Positions 22,964 through 37,299 of a stretch of DNA of 64,000 bases are shown here, in pieces. The stretch spans positions 135,408,001-135,472,000 of the forward strand of contig NC_043001.1 in NCBI RefSeq assembly GCF_006345805.1, in the 5' to 3' direction. This DNA comes from Octopus sinensis. Lineage: Eukaryota. Every line of letters starts with the position of its first letter. Within the stretch, counting starts at the first letter, position 1. The position numbers and the translations under genes were made by a program. The notes under the pieces were generated by a model. The model did not search any database. It was given only the letters and a program-made list of their open reading frames with translations, and was not told the origin of the DNA.

Positions 22964-23629
22964 GTCCTTGCTACAATAGGAACAAGGCCTGAAATTTATC
23001 TTGCAGTATCTAAGGCCACCTGGGGTAGCTACCTTTACTTTCCAATATCTACTTCTTATTTTGCATTTACAAGACCTATGAAATAAGTACTAGACAATGT
23101 ATTGTAGAGGAACAATATTGATCACATTGACCCCAGTATATGACTGGTACTTAATTTATCGGCTCCTTTTGGATGAAAGGCAAAGCTGACCTTGGCGAAA
23201 TTTGAGCTAAGACAGGTGAAATACTACTAAGCATTTTGTCCGGGGTGCTAATGATTCTGCCAGCTCACCGCCTTTGATAATAATAATAATTATAATAACA
23301 ATGTAATATAAATAAAATGTCAAATGGTTTTGGTAGGTGACTTTTAGTCCACCCTGTACATTAAGAAAAAATGTAAGTGTTAGGAGCATATTAAAAACAC
23401 TTTATTTCATGCTGTTCCAGTCCACTGAACTGGGGAAAAATAATTAATCCTGCAATGGACTGGTGTACCATCCAGGGAAGAATATACACATGCCAGAGAA
23501 ACCAAGACACTGGGAAATTAGCCCTATGCTTCTTATGGAGTAATGTGGACTAGCCATATAAGGGAAAACTTTACAAACAGATTATGTTATCAAATCTGTT
23601 TGATGTCCATTAGAAATCTAAAAGGTTAT

Positions 23630-23975
23630 TTGCGGCACCTCAACTGGCCTCCGTGTCGGCACGTAAAAAGCACCATCCGAATCGTGGCCGAAGCCAGTGC
23701 CGCCTCGACTGGCTTCCGTGCAGGTGGCATGTAAAATGCACCAATCCGACCGTGGCCGATGCCAGCCTCGTCTGGCACCAGTGCAGGTGGCACGTAAAAA
23801 GCACCCACTACACTCACGGAGTGGTTGGCATTAGGAAGGGCATCCAGCTGTAGAAACTTTGCCAGATAAGACCGGAGCCTGGTGCAGCCTTCTGGCTTCC
23901 CAGATCCCCGGTCGAACCGTCCAACCCATCTAGCATGGAGAATGGACGTTAAACGATGATGATGATGATGATGAC
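23630..23975 (+). mobile_element. Young family D (RTE 3'-end) copy
   Basis: Nearly identical to the reverse complement of 56544-56895; ~63-bp module repeats. Confidence 0.85.
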
Positions 23976-24519
23976 ACAATGTCTAAATATTTGGTAATGC
24001 AATCTGTTTATAAGGTTTCCCTTATATAACAGATATTATTGTTAATGACAATAGGGAAAATGATGTAATTAATTTATGAAATGACACTAGATTTGTGGTT
24101 TTCCTATATGCACTCTGTGATCTTTTTAACTACGAAAACCAATGAAAGGAAACTTGGTCTATGATACACAAGGTCTCTGCAGTTTTCTATTATGATACAT
24201 GAGGCTGCACATATTGCTCCAAATACTGGTTTTATTCCAGGCAATTTAAATTCAAATAATACTATACAATTGTGTGTGTGTGTATACACACATACATACA
24301 CACAAGTGTATGTGAATGACCTGTCAACAACAAGACTTAAATAAATGAAAGAAGTTATCATTAATTTTATATATCTCAGGTTATCTGAGGTCAAAGAAAA
24401 TTCAACTGCTCTCTGTGTAAGCTAACCAGGAAACTTTTATCCAGTCAGCTAACATGCTAGAAATAGTCACCAAATCTCTCTCAAATTGGACCCTTTGGTA
24501 TGATGCAGTGCCGTCCAGT

Positions 24520-26720
24520 TTGAGGATTGGTATAGCTGTCAATTCCAAAATTGTGAGCTAAACCCTCCAAGATCTTCCAAATATATATCACTGCATATCC
24601 CTCTCGTCTTCTTCACAGGGAATAGAGACTCAGCTCCTTTAGCCTCTTCCAGTAGCCCATCTTTTGCACTGAATCAATCTTTGTGTATTGGCACTGGGTT
24701 GCTTCAAGTTCCACAGTTTGTTTCACACTCTCTGGGCACCATAGTTGGGAGGAGTAGTCCAAGCGACTGAAAACAAAAGCCTTCCATAGGGGTAGCATGG
24801 TTTCCCTTTTCCTGTTTCTGAATGTCCTCAGAATCTATCCAGCCACTTGCCTGCACAGTGTTGCCATTTTGGTAATATGCACATGGAATGTTGCATCATT
24901 GCTCATGTGAACCCCCAGGTCACGCACCGACTCTGACTCTGGGATCATATTACCTTCTGGTCCAGTGTATTCCGATTTTAGCCTGGTGTTGTCCAATAGT
25001 GTAATACCTGAAATTTCATAGCATTGAACTGCATGTTATTTTTATTAGCCCATTTGCAGATTTCGTTCAGGTCTTTCTACAGTTTTATGATGTCCTCTGA
25101 GTTCCTAACTCCCTGTGATACTTTTATGTCATCAGCACAACTGGTCAGACTGGCTGACTGTACCATGGAGGGCTTGTCTGAGAGAGCCACCACAAATAGT
25201 AGTGGCCCCAGTACAGTTCCCTGTGGAACTCCGCTGAGAATTTGTATCACTTCAGAGTGAGCACCATTGGCTACAACTGTCTGACTCCTGCCCTTCAGAA
25301 AATCATGCAGCCACTCACCCACTTTCCCAGCTTGTGACATATCATGCCATGATCAACCTCATCAAAAGTCTTGGCAAAGTCAAGGTATATCACATATACA
25401 TCTGACTGGTTTAGCTGTTGCTTCAGTACCCAGTCAAAGTGCTGCAGCTCCTCCTTGCATGTTTGTGAGAAGGTTGTTTTCTTCAAGGAACGTGATCAAC
25501 CTGTTTCTGACAATGCATTCCATTGTTTTGCTAACATGTGAGGTCACAGAGATGGGCCTGGAGTTTTTAACATCTGCTCTGCTCCCTCCTTTATGGACAG
25601 GGCATATTATACCTTCTTTTAGCATGTTGGGAAGTTTACCACATGCAAGGAAACTCTGAAAGAGTATCTGCAGTGGCTTTGCAAGAGCCTTTTTACATGT
25701 TCTCTTTTAAGAGAACAGCTGGGAGTCCATCTGGGCCTGTTGCTGAGTTTGATCTCATCTCATCAATGGTCGATATTCCTTTCTCTTCTGTTATGTTGAT
25801 GTAATTGATGGCTGCCTCTTTTCTAGATAGATTCATTACTTTGCAAAACTCATATGGCATGTTTATTTGCATATTTTCCAGTGAAGTGAAAACACTTCAG
25901 AATTGTTTATTTAGTGCTTCACTTATCTTCTTTTGGTCTGCAGTTAGTGAGCTGTTTCTACCAAATAGTGGCCCTATCTTATAGCATTCTGAGGCAGACT
26001 CCTTTGCCAATAAGTAGAAGGCTTTAGGATTTAAAAAAAGTTTTTGACTGCCTTTCTTCTCTTTCTTTTTCAAGGGAGATTTTGAGTTTATTTTCTACCT
26101 GAGAGAGTTCCTCTGTCAGGTGGGATCTTACACTGTCATTAAGGTGTTTATTTAAACAATTTGAGATCTTTATTCTCCGCCGCATGAGTATTCTCCTGTC
26201 TTGAAGAATGATGCTTTTGAGTGTATTGGATCTCTTCTCTGGGACATATTTAATACATATGGCTCGCATTATTGACATGAATTTATTGAGTTTCATATCT
26301 ATGTCTTGCATAGAGAGGCTTTTAGGCCAGTCCTGCTGGAGTATCTGTTTTTCAAGTGACTTCAAGTGTTTTTCAAGTCAGCCTAATAGAAATTTAGGTT
26401 GAATAGGGTTTGTGCACCATCTGTGCGGAGTTTATCTTTAGTTAATTCCAGGCCATACATTGTCAGTTCTATAATGTTATGGTCTGAGAAAATTGTCGGT
26501 GATATATTTATGTTGTGGATAATTTCCACACTGTTTGTAAAACAGACGTCCAGGATATTTTGGTGCTTAGTTGGAGAGAGTATGATCTGCTCCATGAATA
26601 GCACTTTTGTGAGGTCAAGTAGAGATTCTGCTTGATTTTGCTCTTTGTGCGTCATTCCTGAGGTTATTTTGCCCTCAGGCCACCTAATGTTGGTGAAGCT
26701 GCAGTCACCCATCAGGAATA
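24520..26720 (-). mobile_element. Decayed CR1-group LINE ORF2 (APE endonuclease C-terminus plus reverse transcriptase), frameshifted
   Basis: Fragments PTKHQNILDVCFTN..FSDHNII (APE), CPVHKGGSRADVKNSRPISVTSHVSKTME, YLDFAKTFDEVDH, SGVPQGTVLGPLLF..SCADDIKV (YADD-like), SRLDYSSQLWCP..ELSLYSL. Confidence 0.9.
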
Positions 26721-27649
26721 TTTAGAATAAATACCAGTTTTAAGAATATAAGTAGTGGGGTCGATACATTGTTCAAGGTGGTGCTCAGCATAGCTGTAGT
26801 CTAATGACTAAAACAAGTAAAAAGATAAAAGATAATCATATCAACTGCACATCATTATACATCAACAATTAACATGAAAGGAATAACGATAGTGCTGAAA
26901 TCCTGATTGTAAAGAATACAGCAAAAGTCTCCACTGGGTAAACGAAATAAAATTGTGTTAGTTTCTACTTCTTTGCATTTAGAGGTTACAACTCTAGCAC
27001 TCTGAATATATGATTAGAATGTTACAGGAAAGAACTGTAAGACAGATTCTTCAGGCCAGTGGTGTTTACTTAAGGGCAGACCAAGAATGAGGTAGTGGAT
27101 AATATCCATAATTTCAATTGGTCATGTTTCGGAATCCAACTGTAAAGTCTAATGATGGTTGATTCTGATAGGATCTTCTGGAAGAGGTGCCTGAGGATTC
27201 TATCCTGATGACCTCCCAGGAATAGTGGGTAGAAATGGCGGATGAGTGAATGTGTTGGTTTCACCAAACAAGTTTCAGTTTCTTTAATTTACAAAACAAG
27301 CAACTATTATGGTCAAAAGGGGTTCCCGGCTCAATTCCACTGCACTGTACCTTATGCATGTACTGTCTACCTAAGTCATGAATTGACTAATGCCTTCTGA
27401 ATGAAATCTGGTAGATAAAAATTGAGGAAATCTATTGTGTGTATTGCCGACTCTTGTAAAGTTCTTGATGTTAGGAAGAGTATTCAGTCATAGATATCAA
27501 TCCAAAAATGGAATGTAAGAGCAAGGTGTAGTCCTATACTCTGTCTTGGAGGACAGTAACTCCTAATAAGGACTTGGATTGTGATGAAATGTCCAACCCA
27601 TGCCAGTATGGAAACGTGGTTATAAGTAGGATATAATGAAACACACACA

Positions 27650-27680
<31 letters not shown>

Positions 27681-28230
27681 TACACACACACACACATGTA
27701 TATGTGTGCATGTGTTTGTGTGTTTATATCAACATGAGAACAAACTCTAATACATTCAAACAGAAATGCCTTGCAGTATCTAAGGCCACCTGGGGTAGCT
27801 ACCTTTACTTCCCAATGTCTACTTCCTATTTTGCATTTATGAGACCTATGAAACAAGTACTAGACAATGTATTGTAGAAGAACAATATAATGAAGTAAAA
27901 TTTTTTTTAAAAACTCTTAATGGCAGTGCTCCAGCCTGGGCATAATTTAATGATTGAAAACAGGAAAAGAATATTAAAATGTAGATGGATGAAAGTGAAA
28001 GTAATTTTGGCTGGTGCTGCTACCCTGTTATTACCTGAAATTAGAGACTCAAAGTTGGATACCCTCCACCCTCCTACCTCCACACTCACACAAATACACA
28101 TGCAGAGAAATTGTATGCAGACGACACTTAGTTACTCTCTCACACTTGGGCTGTTTTGCTGAAATTTCACACAAGAAATACATACAGGCTGCTTGGATTG
28201 TAGCCATTAGCAGAAGTTGAATCCAGCAAG

Positions 28231-28339
<109 letters not shown>

Positions 28340-28659
28340 GTGATTCAGTATTTGATGAGGTCCTGCGACTGCTGTAAATGCAGCAACTGTTAATATTATG
28401 GGACAATATTGCTGCCACAGACAATCAATGTGTTCATAATTGTTACACTTGTTGTGTGTGACTTGCTTGAGAGTAACCAAGGCGATATTTGTAATATATT
28501 CACCATATAATCATATACATTCAGAGATGAAGATTTTAGAATATATATGTACCCATATAATATTCTTGTCTACCTTATCTATCAATTTTTGTCCCTCTAT
28601 ATATCTAGCTATCCCTATCTGCTTTTTATCTCCTTGCATCTAGCTATCTACTCCCATAC

Positions 28660-28662
28660 CAC

Positions 28663-28730
<68 letters not shown>

Positions 28731-28820
28731 CACCTCACCTATCTATCTACCTATCTATCTATCTACCTATCTATCTATCTTTCTGTTTATCTTCTTATCT
28801 ATTCATTAGACTATCACCTC

Positions 28821-28853
<33 letters not shown>

Positions 28854-28880
28854 ATTATCTATCTATCTATCTTATTATCT
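28660..28880. repeat. (TATC)n microsatellite, partly degenerate
   Basis: Repeated tatc tetramer. Confidence 0.9.
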
Positions 28881-29354
28881 GTCTATCCCATTTATTTATG
28901 TATATATCTAACCTCTCATCTTCTCTCTATCATCTAATACCATCTGCTCCATCTATTTATCATCTTATATTGTTCGTCCCATCTATAACTCTGTAATCTT
29001 ATACCATCCATCCCATGTATCTTACTCTGTGCCATCTGTCAGTCTTCTATGTATCATCTCCATCCATCCAGTCAACCACCTGTCAAATTTCATATTTCTC
29101 TGCTCACACATCTGACTATCATATCTTCCCCATTCCTATTCTACCCTTCAGTAAATCTATTTTTCTCTCAGCTTAAACCTATTTTCTCATCTATCTATCA
29201 ACCTATTCTCCTTCTGAGCCATCTTTAACAAAAAAACTAAATATTTAACAAATGCCAACCAATCGACTAATAAATCAATAACTCATTAGTCATGAAAACA
29301 ATACTAGGGGACAGAATAACAGAGGTAAGCCAATAACAACAACAACAACAATAA

Positions 29355-29850
29355 TGTGAGAAAGCAATCGTATTCTGGGATATGCCAATACACACAGGTA
29401 GAGAAATTAAGGCCAATAGGCCAGATATAGTAGTCAGAGATAACCAAGAAAAAAATGCTTTCTAATTGATGTATGAATATCAACAGATGACAAATTTTCT
29501 CTAAAAGAAATGGAGAAACTTTCAAAATACAAAGATCTGGAAACAGTGGTAACTCAAATGTGGAGTCTAAAAACAGCAGCAATTCCTATCATAGTAGGTG
29601 CATTAGGTATGATAAAAAAATATTCAGATACATAACAAAAACACCAGGACTTACAAATATATATAACATACAGAAAATAGCACTACTAGGCACTGCTCAC
29701 ATCCTATGTAAAACACTTTCATTACAGTAAAAGTAAGAGCATCACAACAGACTACAGCACATACCCAAGGCACACAGAGCTGTGCTTGGAAGTGCAGGGA
29801 AAGCACGGGATAAAAATAAGACTACTGAATAATAATAATAATAATAATGA
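29355..29850 (+). mobile_element. R4/Dong-type non-LTR retrotransposon 3' end (restriction-like endonuclease) with (AAT)n tail
   Basis: Reads FWDMPIHTGREIKANRPDIVV..CFLIDV..KLSKYKDLE..IPIIVGALG..QKIALLGTAHIL (PD-D/ExK REL domain), then a short UTR and aataataat. Confidence 0.85.
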
Positions 29851-30020
29851 TTTCCAATTTTGGCACAAGACCAGCAAGATTGAGGAGAGGATGAAAGGTA
29901 AAGTCAACCTTGGTGGAATTTGAACTCAGAACATAAATACAGATGAAATGCTGCTAAGCATCTTGCCTAATGTGCTAACAATTCTGCCAACTTGCTGCCT
30001 TTATAATAATAATAATAATT

Positions 30021-31268
30021 ATGAAGCAGATAGAAGAGACGGGCTATAAGTACTTGGGGATATTGGAAATGCATAAATTGATGGAGAAAGACATGACAGA
30101 AAAATTTAAGGTGGAGTAGTTGCGCAGACTGAGACTGATCCTTAAGTTGAAATTAAACGGATGGAATAAGATTGAAGCTATCAACACCTGGGCAGTTTCA
30201 CTCCTTAGATATGGAGCAGGGGCAATCGCATGGACAGTAGATGAACTAAACAGCTTAGACAGAAAGACAAGGAAGTTATTAACTAGATATGGGATACTCC
30301 ATCCAAAAAGTGACAGAGACAGACTGTATGAACCAAGAAAAAGAGAGGGAAGAGGACTGAGTGGATGCGAACACAGCATTAGAGCAGAAGAAAATAACAT
30401 AGCATGGTATGTAAAAAATGCCACAGAACGGCTACAGTTGGAAGTAAGAAGGTCAGGCTTGTGTAGGATGGAGAATTCAAAGATAAAGCACTGTACAAGC
30501 ACTTCAGAATGAATGAAACTGAAAATAGGTGGATAAAGAAAAGAATGCACAGACAATTTCATAGGGATGTTGAAGATAGGACAGACAGAGAAAAAATATG
30601 GCTATGGATGACTAAAAGTGATTTAAAACCGGAAATGGAGGCTTTAATCTGTGCTGCCCAAGAGCAAGCATTAAGAACAAATTACATCAAATACAGAATA
30701 GACAACACAGCAGAAAGTGATAAGTGCAGCATTTGTGGACAAAATGGTGAAACTGTAGAGCATATTACCAGTTGATGTATGCTGCTAGCCTAGAAAGAAT
30801 ATAAGAGATGTCATGACAGTATAGCAAGGATTATCCACTGGACACTCTACAAGTAGTATGGACTTGACAGAGCAAAAAAGTGGTATGAACATAAACCCGA
30901 AGGCATCATTGAAAATGATAATGCAAAGATCCTATGGGATTTTATGATTCAGTTTGACTGTAAGATAGAGAATAGGAAACCAGACACAGTTTTAATTGAG
31001 AAAGAAAGCTTGGGAGATTAAGCAGTTGTGGTCACTGAAAAAGGTGGTAGTAGCCCTGGGAACAGTGAGTAAGAATCCTGAGAAGTACATGGGAACAAAT
31101 GGGGACTGCAATAAGAGTGGAACACCTGCAGAAAACAGCACTGCTTGAATACTCTGGATGGTGCTCGAAAAATAAGGGGTGTTACCTTCGTTCACTGATA
31201 GTGAACAGCTGACACCATAGTACATTTCCAGCATTAGAAGCTGTGCAAAGACAATAAAATAATTATAA
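30021..31268 (+). mobile_element. R4/Dong-type non-LTR retrotransposon, 5'-truncated and decayed (RT thumb, CCHC knuckle, REL)
   Basis: YKYLGI..NKIEAINTWAVSLLRYGAG..LDRKTRKLL..LHPKSDRDRLY..GRGL; ALICAAQEQALRTN..DKCSICGQNGETVEHITS*C (CCHC); KILWDF..RKPD; internal deletion in REL; starts directly after (AAT)n. Confidence 0.9.
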
Positions 31269-32899
31269 TCCTTTCTACTATACGCACAAGGCCTGAAATT
31301 TTAGGGGAAGGGACTAGTTGATTACATTAAACCCAGTGTTTCACTGGTACTTAATTTAACGACCCCGAAAGAATGAAAGGCAAAGTTGAACTTGGTAGAA
31401 TTTGAACTCAGACTGTTCAGTCGGAAGAAATGACTCTGAGCATTTCATCTGACACGGTAACAATTCTGCCAGCTTGCTGCAGTCCTGCAACCAAGACCGG
31501 TTGCAGGACTACATCTTGCTCTTACATTCCATTTTTGGATTGATATCTATGACTGAATACTCTTCCTAACATCAAACACTTTACAAGAGTCGGCAATACA
31601 CACAATGGTGATGAGGAGGAGGAGTGGGACTCATAAATATTTCACGGAATTAATGGAAAACCTATTAGGTTATTTCTGAAAACTTTATCCAAAATACCTG
31701 AAAGCATAGCCTGGGTTGTGTCTGTATGGAAAGATAGTCACTCATCTGCTACTTGTTGAAAAGTGAAAGAAATTGGAATATGATCATTACTTAATGCACT
31801 TTGTATATACACTTTATATACTTTATGCACAATTTTATAGACTTAAAACACATCACTCATAAATTAAATATTCACTCTTATTTTTATATTTTTCTCATGA
31901 ACAAGCAAAAAATACCCCATACATATGATACAACCTTTAGTTAAATTGCATATATCTGCTATGTAAATAGTGTGAATATTACACTTATGTGCATGCGTTA
32001 AGTGACAGGTGATATAAAAAACTTAGTTCAATAAAAAAAAATACACTTTCACTATCCAATCACCACCACCACTCTCTTCCCCTTTTCTCTTTGCCTTTCT
32101 TTAACCTTGCCATCAGAACATCACCCCTCTGCTAAAATTATATTAACTCTCCTCCTCTACCTTCAAATAACTTTTTTTAACTACACTCGCGGAGTGGTTG
32201 GCGTTAGGAAGGGCATCCAGCCGTAGAAACACTGCCAGATCTGACTGGGCCTGACGAAGCCTTCCAGCTTCACGGACCCCAGTTGACCCGTCCAACCCAT
32301 GCTAGCATGGAAAGTGGATGCTAAATGATGATGATGATGATGTAATAAATATTACATTCCTCCTATCTCACGTCATGGACACTTCTCTCTCCCTAGTTCT
32401 GTCTCACTTTTTGCCTTATCTTCTTTTTCTTTCTCCTCTCTTTCCCTTTAACTAATCACATGAAAGTGTTACATTTACATTCCCTCTCTCTCCGTCTTTT
32501 TCTCTAATCAGGTAAAAGTGTTACTAATGGGCTAAGTAATGTAATGACAAGCAAATTCATTATAAGAATGGGGGAGGGGACAAGTCGATTACATCAACCC
32601 CAGTTTGTCACTGGTATTTATTTCATTGACCCCAAAAGAATGAAAGGCCAAGTCGACCTCAGCGGAATTTGAGCTCAGGACGTAGCTATGGGCCAAATAC
32701 TGCTAAACATTTCATCCAGCGTGCTAACGATTGAGCTGGCTCACCACCTGAATAATAGTAATAATGATAAAAATAATAATATTAAGATGTACATGTTAAC
32801 ACTTACAATCAGTTAAGATCAGATGCCATGACAATCACTGCCTAGTATTGCACCAGGATATCCTGCTATAGCATCAGAGCATCCTTAATAATAATAATA

Positions 32900-33085
32900 A
32901 TAATAATAGGAAAGAGTGAGAGAAAGTTGTGGCAAAAGAGCTGGCAGAAGTTCGCCATTAACTTCTGCCGGAGCCGCATGGAGCTTAGGTGTTTTGCTCA
33001 TAAACACACACATCGCCCAGTCTGAGATTCAAACCCACGATCCCTCGACCGCGAGTCTGCTGCTCTAACCACTAGGCCATGTGCC
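32900..33085 (-). mobile_element. tRNA-headed SINE fragment related to family E (60318-60696)
   Basis: Minus head acatggcctagtggttagagcagcagactcgcggtcgaggg; shares gtgagagaaagttgtgg and ggagcttaggtgtttt with the family E copy. Confidence 0.7.
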
Positions 33086-33591
33086 TAGAGATAGTATGCA
33101 AGTAAGAGATGGTATGCAAGTAATAGTATGCAAGAGAGGAGGCAGTGCTGGTACAGACATGTAATATATGAAGAGGACGACTTTAGGATAAAGAATTTCC
33201 ACATGGAACAAATTATGGTACAGAAAGTCTGAAGAAAGGCATTGGCAGATGTGCAAGATGATCACAGGATGCTGAACCTCACAAACGGAGAGAGAGTTTA
33301 TTGGAGAGAATCTGTTCAATAAACGCTAGTATGGGAAAGCAGATGATAAACACAACTTTATGTACACTCAATGTACCTTATACACCACACAAGTCTAATG
33401 AATTGTGCAACCCAGCTTCAATGATTATTCATACTTCTGCAGTATTAATTACTAACTTGATAACAATTAATGGAAAAAAAAAAATCCTGTTTGGCATCTC
33501 TGTGTATGAGTACGTATCAGTATGAACATGCATGTGTGTGTGTTGGTTATACTTATAGATGCATACATTTATATACATATTTGTGTATGCA

Positions 33592-33628
<37 letters not shown>

Positions 33629-34104
33629 GTGTGTATGTATATATATATATATATATAAAGAAAACAGGAAATTGAACTAGAATATAACATGTGACAACAA
33701 AACATCTGGACAGTTAGACGATACAAAAACGGACAGGAAAAAACAAGGATGAGTCATTCAGAGCTTCCTATCCTAAGCCGAGTTCCAGATCGTCTTTGCA
33801 GTTTTGGCTGGTTACACTTGAGACTGCTCCAATCTGGCAGGCCCCAAGAAAATCTAAACTAAGAGCACTAGACTCCTTGGAAGAAAGCAAGTGAATGTAT
33901 ATGAAAACAAGGACAAAAAATGGAGAACTGGTACACAATTACAAATACAAACAACAGGACATTAACAACAGGTGTCTTTTGATTAAGGATGAATTAAATT
34001 AAGCTGGTGTGTTTGGAAGTGAAGCCTTACAGCAGGAACATACATATGTATGTGTATGTGTATATATATAAATATATATATGTATGTATATATAGGTGTG
34101 TGTG

Positions 34105-34166
<62 letters not shown>

Positions 34167-34345
34167 AAATCCATTCTGTGTGTGTGTGTGTGTGTCTTCT
34201 AGGATTTCAGGCATCCTCCATCCGATTGCGCTCAAATTTGATATGTAGATCCCGGTGCTATCAGGACGTGTATAAGTTTTGAAATAATTAACGTAGTGAT
34301 TTCTTTAAAAAATTTCACTATCAGTGGCCTAGTATAGGTATATAG

Positions 34346-34376
<31 letters not shown>

Positions 34377-35034
34377 TGTGTGCGCGTGTGCGTATATATA
34401 AATATATGTATGTATGTATCCACTAATGCAGTGTTGAGCACTCACTCTCTCATTGTTCGATATATACATACATACCTAAGTAGAGTCTATAAACTATAAA
34501 GAAGACACTATGGTTTGTTCTAAGCATTCTCCACAACTTCAAAGAGAGGAAATTCAAAAAGAATTCAATTTAATTCACTGATGCTATCTCGCTCTCCTGT
34601 TAATAAGATAGATAACAGTAGTATAAAGCCAATCTGAAGCTACAGGTAATGTATTGCATGTTCGATCATGTGGAAAACCCATTTCTATTATAGATGGGGG
34701 TGAGACAGGGGGAGCTTCTGCATGCTCATTGATTTGAGAGGAGCAGATTTGCAGACTCGCAGACTGACCTGCTTACAACTACTGTTCTGTGTGTGAATAG
34801 AAGTGGTTGTGGTGAGGTGTGTGAGTAAAGGTGGTTGTGGTGGGATGTTGGAGTTGTGGTGGTAGTGTGATGATGGTATCGGTCTATATAAAGAATAATG
34901 CATAATGGTAATCCTTTAACATAAATACATGTTTTAGAGGATTGATTCAAAGTTTTGAAAATTCTTCATCCAAAATATGTATGAAGATACACACAAACAT
35001 GCATATATTTATACAAATGCATATACACAGATAT

Positions 35035-35090
<56 letters not shown>

Positions 35091-35406
35091 TCACACACAT
35101 ATATATGCATACATATATATATTTATACAAATGCATATACATGGATATATACACACACACATATATATATGTATATGTGTATATGAATGTACATAAGTGC
35201 ATGTATATATATGTACCTATATATATAAACAAGTAAATAGTATATATATATATATATATATTATCTTATATTCATGCATGACTATTTTACTTAATTATTT
35301 TCTTAATCAAGATTTCTTCCTATTTTGCAATTTATATTTAGAACAAATAAAGTTCCTGAATCCATCATCAATTTTTCTTGACATTTCTTGAAGAGGAACT
35401 CATAAG

Positions 35407-35451
<45 letters not shown>

Positions 35452-35535
35452 AAAACAAAGCAAAACAAAAAGCTATTCCTCATATATTACATACACATAT
35501 AGATAGATACATAGATAGATACATCCTGGGTTACT

Positions 35536-35755
35536 TATGAGGGGTGCTGAAAAGTGCCTGGCTTTAAGGGTATCATGAAAGGCCTGGTTGAAGGTTCAAC
35601 CTTTTGAATTCTTTTACAGGGTTTAGAAAAACTGAAGGTTTACTGAAATAAGTATGTGAATCTGAGAGGGGAATATGTTGGATAAAATCATAATTAACTG
35701 ATCCTCTTGTATTTCCTTTTACCCAATGCCAAGAACTTCTCAGCAGCCCCTCATA
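35536..35755 (+). mobile_element. mariner-derived MITE with TA TSD
   Basis: TA+tgaggggtgctgaaaagt ... aacttctcagcagcccctca+TA. The interior retains a degraded mariner C-terminal stretch (ttttacagggtttagaaaaactg..ctgagaggggaatatgttg). Confidence 0.7.
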
Positions 35756-35849
35756 TATAGGGGTAGTTTGTAAGGCTGCTTAAATGATTATCAACATATA
35801 TTTTATTAAAGCAAAGCAATGAGTTCAACAAAAGGATTTTGCTTAATGG

Positions 35850-36272
35850 AAAGGTGTGGAAGGGATAAGCTCCGGAAGATGTGGGACCAAGTGGTGAAAA
35901 AGAATCTTCAGACATTGAGCCTCATAGTAGAGATGACAAGTGACTGAGACTTCTGGCAATTTGTTGTGCTTGAGGAGACATGTCAAGCTAAGTAAAACTG
36001 TGGTTGTCCTTGCATAGAGGCATGTCCTCTGCACCCGTCTTCATCTGAGCATTCGTAATCTTGTAGGCTTGTGGGAGCTGGTGCTGTGTAAATGCACCCA
36101 GTACATGTGAAAGTGATTGGCGCTAGGAATGGCATCCAGCCGTAGAAACCATGCCAAAACAGATATGGAGTTTGGGATGCTCTTTAGCTGTCCAGCTCCT
36201 GTCAAACTGTCCAACCCATGCCAGCATGGAAAACAGACATATGGTGATGATGATGATGATGATGATGATGAC
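35850..36272 (+). mobile_element. RTE LINE 3' end: RT C-terminus plus family D tail
   Basis: KMWDQVVKKNLQTLSLIVEMTSD*DFWQFVVLEETCQAK*, then the D core and (GAT)n. Confidence 0.8.
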
Positions 36273-37299
36273 CAGGTGTTGTCATGGCTATGTGGTAAAA
36301 AGTTTGCTTCCCAACCACATGGTTCCAGGTTCAGTCCCACTGCATAACACCTTGCTTAAGATCCCATGCAGTGGGAACAAACCCCAAACCAAGTGGTTGT
36401 GAAGTAAAATGCCCAATCACACAACAATACTCATGCATATGTATGATCTGGTAGAGTTTCTACAGATGGATGCCCTTCCTAACACCAACCACTCCGAGAG
36501 TGTAATGGGTGCTTTTACATGCCTCCGGCATGAGGGTCAGTCAGGCGGTAATGGCAACGGTCACGCTCAAATGGTGTTTTTTTACATGCCACCTGCAGAG
36601 GAGCCAATCCAACAGCACTGGCAACAACCTCGCTCAAATGTTTTTTCACGTGCCACCGGCACAAATGCCAGTAAGGCGATGCTAGTAATGATCATGCTCA
36701 AATGGAGCTTTTTACATGCCACTGGCACGGAAACCAGTTTGCTGTTCTGGCAATGATCATGCTTGGATGGTGCTCTTAGCGCTCTGCTAGCATGGATGCC
36801 AGTCATCAAATTTGATCATGCAAATATGAAGTATGCATGCACTTAGGCAGCAGTGGGAGCTGTGTCCTCAGTTGGCATGACAACGTTAGTATGTGTTTTC
36901 CCACAATGGAAAACGTTTTACTAGAGACGTGAGGGATAATGCTCATACAAAATAACAAGTGGGGCAGGATGATATTAGGATGAGAAGACGGGGAAACAGT
37001 CATTTAAGGGCCAAGGGAGAAAAAAGGTCTGAGGGGGAATATGGTGCGTTGTTATTTGTGTTTCCTGAACTATTATACCCCAGCAGAATCGTTAGCACGT
37101 CGGGTGAAATGCTTAACGGTATTTCGTCTGTCGCTACGTTCTGAATTCAAATTCCGCCGAGGTCGACTTTGCCTTTCATCCTTTCGGGGTCGATTAAATA
37201 AGTACCAGTTACGCACTGGGGTCGATATAATTGACTTAATCCATTTGTCTGTCCTTGTTTGTCCCTTCTGTGTTTAGCCCCTTGTGGGTAGTAAAGAAG

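Noticed and set aside
23640-23810. CRISPR-like repeat-spacer look of ggtggcacgtaaaaagcacc units
   Set aside because: Spacers are homologous to each other, the array lies in an RTE 3' UTR, the DNA is eukaryotic and there are no cas genes.
27200-27245. CTGATGA...GAAA on plus
   Set aside because: Base of stem II is unpaired and there is no valid U-H site; a chance match.
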